Positions 21,103 through 30,871 of a stretch of DNA of 64,000 bases are shown here, one piece after another; positions within the stretch are counted from its first letter, which is position 1; every line of letters begins with the position of its first letter. A model generated the notes under the pieces. That model was given only the letters and a program-made list of their open reading frames with translations, was not told where the DNA came from and searched no databases. Source of the DNA: an uncultured Prevotellaceae bacterium (GTDB lineage Bacteria > Bacteroidota > Bacteroidia > Bacteroidales > Bacteroidaceae); the NCBI GenBank assembly GCA_900321425.1, contig ONWA01000018.1, positions 15,015 to 79,014 on the forward strand. The letters run 5' to 3'. The translations under genes and the position numbers were made by a program.

Positions 21103-21996
21103 TTATTCAACGGCTGGATCAGTCGGATTGGCGGACTCAATATCGTCAATCACTCGCATATAAATCTGCCATGTGTCACGATAGCGTGTAATCACACCCG
21201 TGATGTTCACCTCTCCTGCCAACATAATCTGATTGGCGAAGTCGGCGTAAGGACTGGTGTAAAGCACGAGCGTACTGTTGCTGATGCCCTTGAAAGCACG
21301 CGTTACAGCAGTGACGGATCCTGTGCTACTGCTGGTAATTGCTCTGTCGTTAGGACCGAGACCGCCCTTAGTGGGGGCATAAGTCCTCTTGCCGTCGGCG
21401 GCCTCAATGGTGAATCCCTTCAGGGTAACCAGTTTTCCACAGTCAGTCTCCAAATTCAACTGATTGATATTCGTTACCTCAATAGGCTCTACAGGGTAGA
21501 GTGTACCGTCAGCGTCGCCGGTAATCTTATAGTGATCAGCCCATGTATAGCGATCCAGATAACCAATGCCACCGTTATACAGTCCTCCGATCTGTGGCTG
21601 TTTGTTGTAGCTGCCTACATAGAGGTCCTTCAGTTCAACCAGTACTTTCTGGCCTACTGGCAGATATTGGAGAACACTCTGTGATAGTTTAACGATAATC
21701 GCGCCTGTTTCGTCCTGGATGACTACCTGGTTATACAGGTTGCCTCCGTTATCGTTGCCGGTTACCACACCTTGAATCTGCATGGCATCGGTCACTTTTT
21801 TCGCACCGCTATTGTCAATCTCCGTCTTGTAGAGTTGCTTGAGCTCAGCGATCGTCTTGAGGTTGGAGGCTTGCAAGTTCTTGTTGCCATAGCCCTCCAT
21901 GCCAGCCTCCAATGACGGTGTCTCCCAGTCTTTGTCCATGCAGGAAGCGATGCACAGGGTGGTCAGTGCCAAAAGGATATATTTTATTGTTTTCAT
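21103..21996 (-). CDS. DUF5689-like OB-fold lipoprotein
   Basis: Lipobox IASC; TIAELK...IQGVVTGNDNGGNLY...IQDETGAI...TSPYADFA...ITGV. Confidence 0.75.
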   Translation of the reverse strand: MKTIKYILLALTTLCIASCMDKDWETPSLEAGMEGYGNKNLQASNLKTIAELKQLYKTEIDNSGAKKVTDAMQIQGVVTGNDNGGNLYNQVVIQDETGAIIVKLSQSVLQYLPVGQKVLVELKDLYVGSYNKQPQIGGLYNGGIGYLDRYTWADHYKITGDADGTLYPVEPIEVTNINQLNLETDCGKLVTLKGFTIEAADGKRTYAPTKGGLGPNDRAITSSSTGSVTAVTRAFKGISNSTLVLYTSPYADFANQIMLAGEVNITGVITRYRDTWQIYMRVIDDIESANPTDPAVE

Positions 21997-22010
21997 TGTC
22001 GTCCGTATTT

Positions 22011-24604
22011 TTAGAATTTATAAGAAACATTCAACATGCCGTTGATGCCATAAGCATAGTACTTGAATGGGTTGCGGTCGAATTTGTAAACACGGTCATT
22101 TCCAACAACACCGTTATCAGAAACAGAATAGTTGCTTCGGCTCTGCTCGTAACCACCAGTCACAATCTTCTGGTTGTTCAGCAAGTTGGAAATCATCAGG
22201 TTGATAGAGAGCTGTCCACCTCTTCTGATACGGATGGTCTTACCGATGTTCAGGTCGAGCATGAAGCCACCATTGCCTTTTGCCTGAGCGACAGCCTCTG
22301 GGAATACATGCTTATACTGTGTGCCATCAGCCTCAGTGATGATCTCATATACCTGTGGACCAATCTTTCCGTTTTTCTCCCATGATGCCTGACGGTTGTC
22401 GAGCGTATTGCCATAGCGATAGGTAGGAGAGTAGCTCAGATAGATGCGATCGTAGTAGTTACCGATGAGATCGATAAACCAGCCGCCTGAATGATAGCTC
22501 AGTGCCAAGCTATAGACGCCCAGTGGGGTACCTCCCTCGCGCATGTTCTTATTATATACTATATCGGTGTGCATTGTAGCCTCGGTAGAGTTCATGTAGC
22601 AAGCATTTGCATTCTCTGTGTACTTTGCATCGCTGACGGTTCCCAGTGCTTTCAGGTCAAGGGCATCGGTAAGCTTGAATTTCAGACCCCACTCCAGACC
22701 GTAGTGGATTTTCTTGACATTGGTCAGGGAAACGTAGGTGAAGGCGCGAGCGTCGTCATCGTAGAAGTTCTGCCACTCCGTTACGTCTCTCATGTAGCTC
22801 AGGTAACCATTGATGTTGGCCTTGAACCAGCTGCTGCTGAACGAATAGCCCACCTCTGTGCTGAATACCTTCTCGTTTTTCAGGTTATCCACGAAGTTGT
22901 TGTTGATCTCGGGAGAGACGAAAGCGGTAGAAGCCTGTGGTGCACGTGTCTCGTAGCCGATACCGAAGTTGGCTCTGTGGCCTTTGCCTAATACAACGGT
23001 TGAACCCAGTTTGAATCCTCCGTCGAGGAATTTTGCTGTACCACTGTTGCCATAGGAGTTGTCGTACATTGTTCCGTCGTCATAACGAATCTGTCCCATA
23101 CCGTTTTGCATGTTACCACGACGCGACATCGTAGTGCCACCGATACGGGCTGCGATAAAGCCGTGCAGACTGCCACGGGTGTACTTGAAGGCTGTCCAGG
23201 CACTTGCCTTGTTGACGTAGAGGTTATAGTCATAATTGATTCGGTCGCCCTCCTTGAGTGGTGTCATCGGATCAGCCATTCGCATGTCGTAAAGCGCTCT
23301 GAAGCCCAGTACGGGATCGTTGAGAGGATATTTGTCTAATGCGTAATTGTTGATGTTGTAGAGGGTATTGGCACCCATTAGGTCATGGACGGTTACATAG
23401 TGCATACCCTTGTTGGTAGCCAACTGGATACCGGTAGTCATCGTGACGAATTTGCTCAAGTCCATCTTCAGGTTGGATGACAAGGCAAAAGTCAGGTTGT
23501 TGTTGTGCTTTGCCTGCATCCAGTACATGGCGTCGCGGCCTGTCTTGTTGGCCATCTCATTGCTGTAGTACAGACGGTCGAAGTTGATCTGCGTGCCCAC
23601 ACCTTGTCTCCAGCGGTCGGCAGCCCTGTTAAACTGCATGAGCGCCTCTTCCGTGTTGTCGGGGTCGTTATACCACACGTCGAAAAGGTTAGATGGCATA
23701 TTTTTCCAATAGACTGGCGATGGATTCTCGCTGTTATTATAGTTCAGTTTCGTACCCTTATACATTGAGTAACGTCCTGACAGCGATGTTGTGAGTTTCA
23801 TGTGGTCGTTGATGTTCCAATCCCAAGTCAGTAAAGCTGTTGGGGCGAAGTCATGTACAACGCGCGAGCTGCGTTTCTCACCGTTCTGGTATCCCCAGTA
23901 GGGGTTGTAATGGTTGTTGTTTGTCAGCCAGTAGGCCTCGTCGGTGGCAGCGCCTTGTGTGGCACGCTCCGTCGGGTTACCCCATGTGACGAGCGTGAGT
24001 GAGTGCTTGTCGTTGAATTTCTTCTCGATACCCAGGAAGTAGGAGAGTGAGTTGTAGAATGTTCCCTCCACATAACCTCTGCCTGCCCAACGGTAGGTGA
24101 GTGAGGCTGTATAGGCCCATCCCTTGCTGTTGAGTCCTGAGTTGTAGGTGTACATACCACTGCGAAATGGCTCGGACGGAAGTCATAGTTGTTTGATCCA
24201 CCCATACCTGCCATGGAGAAGTTGTTGAACTCAAACGGCAATGCATTCTCTGCCGTACGTGTCTGTTGGTTCAAGCCACCTACCAATGAATAGCGGAACT
24301 GTCCCGACTCCATATCGTTCATCAGCAAGCCATTGATGTAAATGTCGTTGTACTTCTGGTTGAACGCACGATAGCGGAATCGGCCCGGGCTGAACAGATA
24401 GCCTGCTTGTGAGGCGTAGATGTTCTGGTTTGACGATACGATAATCACGTTCTGCGACATATCGTCATTCTCGCCCAGCTGAGCTTCAGTGAAGGTAAAG
24501 GCCTGCTCCTCCTGCATTTCAACGCTCAGAGAATCAGCCTCTTGCGCGTGGAGTGTAGGTGCGATGCATAGAGCCATCACAAATAATTTCAGCTTCTTTT
24601 GCAT
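22011..24604 (-). pseudogene. TonB-dependent receptor without a SusD partner, split by a frameshift near 24160
   Basis: Signal peptide at 24604; plug-like N-part (YINGLLMNDME); beta-barrel C-part ending MLNVSYKF; frames change between ...RPSHFA and GMYTYNSG... Confidence 0.8.
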
Positions 24605-24780
24605 AGTTGTTTTGATTAGTAATTGATAAATTGTGGACAAAGATACGTATTTATTTTCAATAAATTTATTTTTTACCTCTATATTTTTGTTAAAATGAGA
24701 TTTTTTCTGTTTTTGTATGGCTATTTGGAGAAAAAAAACTATCTTTGCAAAAATATATCAATTAACCAATAATTACCAAT

Positions 24781-25836
24781 ATGAAGAAAAAGCTATTACT
24801 ACTGACTGCACTGCTCGTTATGGGCCTTGCTGTTCAGGCACAGGAAAAGCAAAAGAAATTTTCTGTCTATGCCGTGGGATTCTACAATCTTGAGAATTTG
24901 TTTGATACCTGTCACGATGCAGGTAAGAATGACTATGAGTATCTGCCTACCAGTTCTTCGAAGTGGGACGCCATCAAATACACCAATAAATTGCATAATA
25001 TGTCGAAGGTGCTGGCAGAGATGGGTTCTGATGTGCTACCGAAGTCTGTAGGTTGCGCCATCATCGGTGTCTCTGAGGTAGAGAATGCCAATGCGCTGAC
25101 CGACTTGGTGAACCAGCCGGTACTGAAGGAGCGTAACATACAGTTTGTTCATGTTGAGGGTCCCGATAAGCGCGGTGTAGACTGTGCATTATTGTACAAC
25201 CCCAAATTGTTTACCGTCCGCGATGTGAAACTGGTTCCCTATGTATATGAGCTTCCTGAAGACAAGGATCGTGCCACTCGTGGCTTCCTTACTGTCAGCG
25301 GTACGCTGGCAGGCGAGCATGTGACGGTGATTGTCAACCACTGGCCCAGTCGTTTCGCCACCTCTTTCTATCGTGAGTGCGCCGGTCGGCAGGTAAAGGC
25401 TGTGAAAGACTCCCTGCAGCGTGATGATCCCAACGTGAAGATTATTATCATGGGTGATATGAACGATGACCCACAGAGTCCAAGTATGGCTGAGTCCTTA
25501 GGTGCTCGTCGCGAGATGCGCGACGTAGAGGAGGGCGGTTTGTATAACCCTTGGTGGAACGTGTTGGCTGGTGGCAAGGGAACGCTGTCTTATCAGGGCA
25601 GTTGGAACCTTTTCGACCAGATTGTCGTTTCTCGTAACCTGTTGGATATCGAGGGGAAGAAGGACTATGCTGACCTGAAACTCTTCCGTTACCATATTTT
25701 CTCCCGTCCTTATCTCTTCCAGCAGGAAGGTAAATACAAGGGTGGTACGAAACGTACCACAGCAGGTGGTGTGTGGCTGAACGGCTATAGCGACCACCTC
25801 CCGACGGTAATCTATCTGATTAAGGAACAGAAATAA
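24781..25836 (+). CDS. Secreted endonuclease/exonuclease/phosphatase (EEP) family nuclease
   Basis: FYNLENLFD, GVSEVEN, RGVDCALLY, VNHWPSR, MGDMNDDP, FDQI, SDHLP; signal peptide; promoter TATCTTTG at 24740. Confidence 0.92.
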   Translation: MKKKLLLLTALLVMGLAVQAQEKQKKFSVYAVGFYNLENLFDTCHDAGKNDYEYLPTSSSKWDAIKYTNKLHNMSKVLAEMGSDVLPKSVGCAIIGVSEVENANALTDLVNQPVLKERNIQFVHVEGPDKRGVDCALLYNPKLFTVRDVKLVPYVYELPEDKDRATRGFLTVSGTLAGEHVTVIVNHWPSRFATSFYRECAGRQVKAVKDSLQRDDPNVKIIIMGDMNDDPQSPSMAESLGARREMRDVEEGGLYNPWWNVLAGGKGTLSYQGSWNLFDQIVVSRNLLDIEGKKDYADLKLFRYHIFSRPYLFQQEGKYKGGTKRTTAGGVWLNGYSDHLPTVIYLIKEQK

Positions 25837-25841
25837 CATAT

Positions 25842-26462
25842 ATGACCATTATCGGAATCGCAGGTGGTACAGGATCAGGAAAGACCACCGTAGTTCGCAA
25901 GATCGAGGAGGCATTACCCCCTCATTATGTAACCGTCGTACCACTCGACTCGTATTATAACGATACCACAGGCATGACAGAAGAAGAGCGTAGGGCCATC
26001 AACTTCGACCATCCCGACGCCTTCGACTGGAAATTGCTTATCGAGCATATGCGTAAGCTCAGAAACGGTGAACCTGTAGAACAGCCCAAGTATTCGTACA
26101 TCATCTCCAACCGTCTGCCTGAGACCATTCATGTGGAGCCGAAGCCTGTCATCATCATTGAGGGCATCATGGCGCTGGCGAATAAGAAGTTGCGCGACAT
26201 GATGGACCTGAGAATCTTCGTGGATACCGATAGTGATGTGCGTCTCATCCGTAATATCCGTCGTGATGTGGTGGAGCGAGGACGTACTGTCGATATGGTG
26301 CTCGACCGCTATGAGGCAGTGCTGAAACCTATGCATGAGCAGTTTATCGAACCAACAAAGAAATTTGCTCATGTGATTCTGCCCTGGGGAATCAAAAACC
26401 AGATGGGTATACATATCCTCAAGACCTTTATCGAGGGTATCGTGACTGGCGTGCAGAAATAG
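25842..26462 (+). CDS. udk: Uridine kinase
   Basis: IGIAGGTGSGKTT, DSYY, NFDHPDAFD, IEGI, RRDVVERGR, FIEPTK. Confidence 0.96.
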   Translation: MTIIGIAGGTGSGKTTVVRKIEEALPPHYVTVVPLDSYYNDTTGMTEEERRAINFDHPDAFDWKLLIEHMRKLRNGEPVEQPKYSYIISNRLPETIHVEPKPVIIIEGIMALANKKLRDMMDLRIFVDTDSDVRLIRNIRRDVVERGRTVDMVLDRYEAVLKPMHEQFIEPTKKFAHVILPWGIKNQMGIHILKTFIEGIVTGVQK

Positions 26463-26465
26463 GCG

Positions 26466-27077
26466 ATGACCATATTATATTTAGTAAGGCACGGAGAAAC
26501 TGTCGACAATGCCCGTCAAGTGATGCAAGGTCAGTTGCCTGGTGAGCTCAATGAGACGGGCATCCTACAGGCGCAGGAGGTGAGAGACCGTTTGGCTGAT
26601 ATCGCTTTTGATGCGATTGTGGCAAGCGACCTGAAGCGTGCTATTGATACGGCAGCGATTATCGCTGAGCCTCATCACCTGACGGTTCATACTACTCCGC
26701 TATTGAGAGAGCGCGACTGGGGAAGCTTTACAGGTAAGTATATCCCTTCGTTGAACCTCAAGGGTGTGTGGCCAGACGATATTGAATCCCTGGACGAGCT
26801 ATTGCTGCGAGCCAGGGATTTCTTGATATATATGGAAACGACTTTTCCTAACCAGACAGTGCTTGCCGTAGGGCACGGTATTATTAACAAAGCTGTGCAG
26901 GCGGTCTATTATGGGAAGGGAATGAACGAAGTCGTCAAGATGTCTAATGCCGAGGTACGTGTCTTGGAGTTATCGGCGACCGATTCCTCCACCGGAGTGA
27001 CTTCCGCCTATGCCTCCGTGACTGCCGCCGTCACCGCCGCGACTAAAGGAACCACTGGAACGGCTACCGCCGAATGA
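26466..27077 (+). CDS. Histidine phosphatase (phosphoglycerate mutase-like); read-through tail overlaps the convergent gene
   Basis: LVRHGET, SDLKRA, LRERDWG, VGHG; the domain ends near EVRVLEL at about 26972. Confidence 0.88.
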   Translation: MTILYLVRHGETVDNARQVMQGQLPGELNETGILQAQEVRDRLADIAFDAIVASDLKRAIDTAAIIAEPHHLTVHTTPLLRERDWGSFTGKYIPSLNLKGVWPDDIESLDELLLRARDFLIYMETTFPNQTVLAVGHGIINKAVQAVYYGKGMNEVVKMSNAEVRVLELSATDSSTGVTSAYASVTAAVTAATKGTTGTATAE

Positions 27078-28100
27078 CCCACCAGAGTGGCTGCCGCCGA
27101 ATGAGCTACTGGACCGGCTACCTCCAAAAGAGCCACTAGAACGGCTACTGCCAAAAGATCCGCTTGGACGACTGCCTCCAAAGGATTCACTGGAGCTACG
27201 ACTGTGTCCGAAGGATCCACTTGGGCGATTGTTGTTGAACGAACTGCTTGGACGGCTGTTGTTGAACGAACTACTTGGGCGATTGTTGCTTACACTTCCG
27301 TCGCTGCGGCTATTGCCGAATCCCCGATAAGTACGATTGTTGTTGGAAGTCTCATCTGTGCGTCCGTTGAAGCCGTCGCTGTTATGTGGTCTTCTGTTGT
27401 CAAAATGGTTGTCGCTCCTTCTGTCGTACGATCCATTCTCCGTTCTTCTGTTGTACGAACCATTGTCTATTCTTCTGTTATGGGTGCCATTCTCTATGCG
27501 GCTGTGTCCCCATCCGCGATTAGCAGGGTCGTTGTGAACGGTTGTCCGTGAGCTACTGATGCGTCCGTTGTTACGGAAATCTCCACGATGCCATCTGTCG
27601 TGCAGTCCCACGTGGCGGTCGTGATGACGGTGGAAATGGTCTCTGCGTGAAATATACCAGCTCCGTCCGCCGTTATAATGCCAGCTGTGAGCCCCACGGT
27701 AGGTTGCATAGAAATGGGGACGACCGAAGTAGAAGTAGTCGCGACGAGGGTAGCGGGCATAGACGCCAAAGTGCCAGAAGCCATCACTCCAGTACAGTGG
27801 ACGATAGAAATAGGAAGCTGCCACGAAGGTATCCCACTGCCAGCTGAACAATATATAGCTGAGATCTAGGTTACGACGCTCCAGATAGACACCATACACG
27901 TCGTCGTAGGTGCTTACTCCCATCAGGTAGTCGAGGTTGATCTCGTAGGCAGCCTCATACTGTTCGTCGCTGAGGTTCAACTCATACGCCATCTTGTCGG
28001 TGAGGAAGAGGGCCTCATTACGTGCCTGCTCGTAGGGCATCGCATTGGCTGATACCATTATGCTTAGCAAGGCGATTAGGGTACATACTATCTTTTTCAT
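26970..28100 (-). CDS. Secreted protein with a folded N-domain and a long Ser/Gly/Arg-rich disordered repeat tail
   Basis: Signal peptide; ALFLTDKMAYELNL helical domain; aromatic/His-rich middle; 9-aa SRxSxSFG repeats. Confidence 0.8.
   Translation of the reverse strand: MKKIVCTLIALLSIMVSANAMPYEQARNEALFLTDKMAYELNLSDEQYEAAYEINLDYLMGVSTYDDVYGVYLERRNLDLSYILFSWQWDTFVAASYFYRPLYWSDGFWHFGVYARYPRRDYFYFGRPHFYATYRGAHSWHYNGGRSWYISRRDHFHRHHDRHVGLHDRWHRGDFRNNGRISSSRTTVHNDPANRGWGHSRIENGTHNRRIDNGSYNRRTENGSYDRRSDNHFDNRRPHNSDGFNGRTDETSNNNRTYRGFGNSRSDGSVSNNRPSSSFNNSRPSSSFNNNRPSGSFGHSRSSSESFGGSRPSGSFGSSRSSGSFGGSRSSSSFGGSHSGGSFGGSRSSGSFSRGGDGGSHGGIGGSHSGGGIGRR
27042..27287 (-). repeat. Degenerate 27-bp tandem repeat (about 9 copies) encoding xSRxSxSFG
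   Basis: NNRPSSSFN NSRPSSSFN NNRPSGSFG HSRSSSESFG GSRPSGSFG SSRSSGSFG GSRSSSSFG GSHSGGSFG GSRSSGSFS. Confidence 0.85.
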
Positions 28101-28177
28101 TGTCGTCGTAATTTAAAAATTCAACTTCTTTTTTTGTTTCTGTTGCAAAGTAACGGTATTTTTGGCACCTCTACAAA

Positions 28178-28209
28178 GGATTTTCCCTAAACAGATGGGG
28201 GAAAATCCC
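28178..28209. promoter_or_regulatory. Inverted repeat between divergent promoters
   Basis: GGATTTTCCC...GGGAAAATCC between a minus-strand -7-like element near 28150 and TACCTTTG at 28240. Confidence 0.5.
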
Positions 28210-28270
28210 TATAGTTGTGTTTTTTACCAAAAAAAGTATTACCTTTGTGCCCGTTAAGATCAAGAATCGT

Positions 28271-29860
28271 ATGAGAAAGTGTCAGATACTGTTTGTTTTA
28301 GCCTGCATACTCACCTCTATAGATGCGTATGCAGAAGGAGGCATCCGGCTGGTTGACAGTCTGACTTATCGTGTGGAGGCCCAGGCAACGGTGGGTGGTG
28401 GCGATCACAATCCGTTGTGGTTGAACGCCAATCGCTATGGTCTCAGTTCGTTGAAGAACTGCAATGGCTATCTGCGTGCCAGTCTTGAACGTCCGCTTTC
28501 TGTCGACAGTGAGCGAAAGTGGGGCATCGGCTATGGTGTGGATATGGCCAAGGTCTTCGGCTATACCAGTCAGTTTGTACTCCAACAGGCGTATATCGAA
28601 GCGCGTTGGCTGAAAGGTGCGCTGACGGTGGGAAGCAAGCAACATCCGTTGGAGTTGAAGAATGCGGAGTTGAGCAGTGGCTCCCAGACCTTAGGCATCA
28701 ATGCCCGTCCTGTTCCGATGGTACGTCTCTCTCTGCCCAACTACTGGGCGCTCCCTTTCACCAAAGGGTGGGTGAGTATCAAGGGACATATAGCTTATGG
28801 AAAGACGACCGACGACAAGTGGCAGAAGGAGTTTACGGGCTTGCGTACCCGTTATACAGAAGGATCGTGGTTGCACACCAAGGCTGCTTATATTAAAATA
28901 GGTAATAGCTACCGTTTCATGCCCGTCTCCTTTGAGTTTGGTCTTGAGATGGCTGCTCAGTTTGGTGGAACCACTTTCATGGGTAGTGAGATGGGTGGGG
29001 CCATTATCAAGAATGAAGGCGGCATCAAGGGTATGTGGCATGCGCTGATACCAGGTGGTGGCGACTCTACTGATGGCGCTGCTTATCAGAATGCATCTGG
29101 TAACCAACTCGGCAGTTGGGTGATGCGGTTGAACTTCGACTACGACAGTTGGTATCTGGGCGTCTATGCCGACCAGTTCTTTGAGGACCACTCTATGCTG
29201 ACACACTTAGGCAATGATGGTTACGGAACAGGTGACCAGTGGAATACGATAATCACCAAGCGTTATTTCGTCTATTCCTTTAAAGACTGGCAGTTGGGAC
29301 TCGACCTCCGACTGAAGAATGCCACTTGGCTCAATAATATCGTCTTGGAGTATATCACCACGAAATATCAGGGAGGTCCTGTCTATCATGATCATACTCC
29401 AACAATCAGTGATCAGATTTCTGGACGCGATAACTACTACAATCATTATCTGTTTACTGGTTGGCAGCATTGGGGACAAGTGATGGGCAATCCGCTCTAT
29501 CTGTCGCCTCTTTATAATGAGGACGGTACGATTATGGTGAAGAATAACCGTTTCACCGCCTGGCATATCGGATTGGCCGGCGATCCCAACTACTATCTTC
29601 ATTATCGAGTGCTGGCTACCTTCCAGAAAGGCTATGGTACGTACGATGCACCCTATTGGGACCCCAAGAAAACCTTCAGTATGTTAGCAGAGGCGACCTA
29701 TCATTTCCCTGACTATCATAAGCTGAAGGGCTGGAGTATCCGTGGGGCTGTGGCCTTTGATACTGGAAAACTCTATGGAAAGAACTTTGGTTGTCAGGTG
29801 ACGATAGCCAAAACCGGATTGTTGAACTTCAAAAAGTCACGTGTCAAAGATGAATACTAA
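28271..29860 (+). CDS. Capsule assembly Wzi-family outer-membrane protein
   Basis: Signal peptide; PLWLNANRYG, LQQAY, LSSG...NARPVP, GNQLGSW, DNYYNH; next to the capsule locus. Confidence 0.8.
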   Translation: MRKCQILFVLACILTSIDAYAEGGIRLVDSLTYRVEAQATVGGGDHNPLWLNANRYGLSSLKNCNGYLRASLERPLSVDSERKWGIGYGVDMAKVFGYTSQFVLQQAYIEARWLKGALTVGSKQHPLELKNAELSSGSQTLGINARPVPMVRLSLPNYWALPFTKGWVSIKGHIAYGKTTDDKWQKEFTGLRTRYTEGSWLHTKAAYIKIGNSYRFMPVSFEFGLEMAAQFGGTTFMGSEMGGAIIKNEGGIKGMWHALIPGGGDSTDGAAYQNASGNQLGSWVMRLNFDYDSWYLGVYADQFFEDHSMLTHLGNDGYGTGDQWNTIITKRYFVYSFKDWQLGLDLRLKNATWLNNIVLEYITTKYQGGPVYHDHTPTISDQISGRDNYYNHYLFTGWQHWGQVMGNPLYLSPLYNEDGTIMVKNNRFTAWHIGLAGDPNYYLHYRVLATFQKGYGTYDAPYWDPKKTFSMLAEATYHFPDYHKLKGWSIRGAVAFDTGKLYGKNFGCQVTIAKTGLLNFKKSRVKDEY

Positions 29861-30296
29861 GTGTCTGAAATATATCTTGTTATGCCTTTGCATGACCCTT
29901 TCTTCCTGTAAGTTACATACCTCGGGTAATGGCGACCTCGATGGTTTCTGGCAAGGAACGACGATGGAGGACCTGCTGACGGGTGAACTGTCGGATATGC
30001 GAGAAAACAATATCACTTGGAGTGTACAAGGTGATTTGTTGGTAATGAGGAGTATTGCTGAAGCAGAGGGAATCATATGGCGCTTCGACATGACAGACAA
30101 TGTGCTGCATATTTATGAGCCTTATTATTCTCGCCGTTTTGGTGAAGAGGGAACGGATGTGCCTGTAGAGAATGTCGAAGATTTGGCTCATTTTGGTGTC
30201 TTTGATCTTGAGGAATATTTCAAAGTGTTGGAACTGGATGGCAATACGATGCGCCTGGAGTCGATGGACGTCCGACTTACCTTTAGGAAATATTAA
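29850..30296 (+). CDS. Lipocalin-like lipoprotein
   Basis: Lipobox LSSC; NGDLDGFWQ; terminal LTFRKY. Confidence 0.7.
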   Translation: MNTKCLKYILLCLCMTLSSCKLHTSGNGDLDGFWQGTTMEDLLTGELSDMRENNITWSVQGDLLVMRSIAEAEGIIWRFDMTDNVLHIYEPYYSRRFGEEGTDVPVENVEDLAHFGVFDLEEYFKVLELDGNTMRLESMDVRLTFRKY

Positions 30297-30871
30297 AATT
30301 TCTTGCCAAAGACGATACTGATAAACGTCTTGAAGAGAATCTTCATGTCGAACCACCACGAGCGATGCTCCAGATAGTAGAGGTCAAGTTCCAGTCGTTT
30401 CAGCATCTTCTCCAACGTGTCTGTATATCCGTTGTAGAGTGTTGCATACGACGTTACTCCTGGTCGTATCTGGTATAACTCCGTATATCTGGGATTGCGC
30501 TGAATAATCTGGTCGATATAGTATTGCCGTTCAGGACGGGGACCGATAAACGCCATATCGCCTTTGAGCACATTCCATAATTGGGGCAGTTCGTCGAGGT
30601 GATGATCGCGTAAGAACTTTCCTACCTTCGTCATACGTTCATCTTTCTCATGCTGGTACAGGGCAGAGCCGTCTTTCTCTGCATCCACACGCATACTACG
30701 AAACTTATAGATAAAGAAGGGCTTTCCATGCAGTCCGATTCGCTCCTGCTGATAGAAAGCCGGACCTCCGTCCTCCCATTTCACGGCGATATAACAAATG
30801 AGAAACAGGGGTGAGAAGATGATGAGGCAGCCTGCGGCTATCAGAAAATCGATGATACGTTTGGCGTCCAT
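30293..30871 (-). CDS. Bacterial sugar transferase (small phosphoglycosyl transferase)
   Basis: KRIIDF, QERIG, KFRSM, LDELPQLWNVLKGDM, GPRPE, RPGVT. Confidence 0.93.
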   Translation of the reverse strand: MDAKRIIDFLIAAGCLIIFSPLFLICYIAVKWEDGGPAFYQQERIGLHGKPFFIYKFRSMRVDAEKDGSALYQHEKDERMTKVGKFLRDHHLDELPQLWNVLKGDMAFIGPRPERQYYIDQIIQRNPRYTELYQIRPGVTSYATLYNGYTDTLEKMLKRLELDLYYLEHRSWWFDMKILFKTFISIVFGKKF

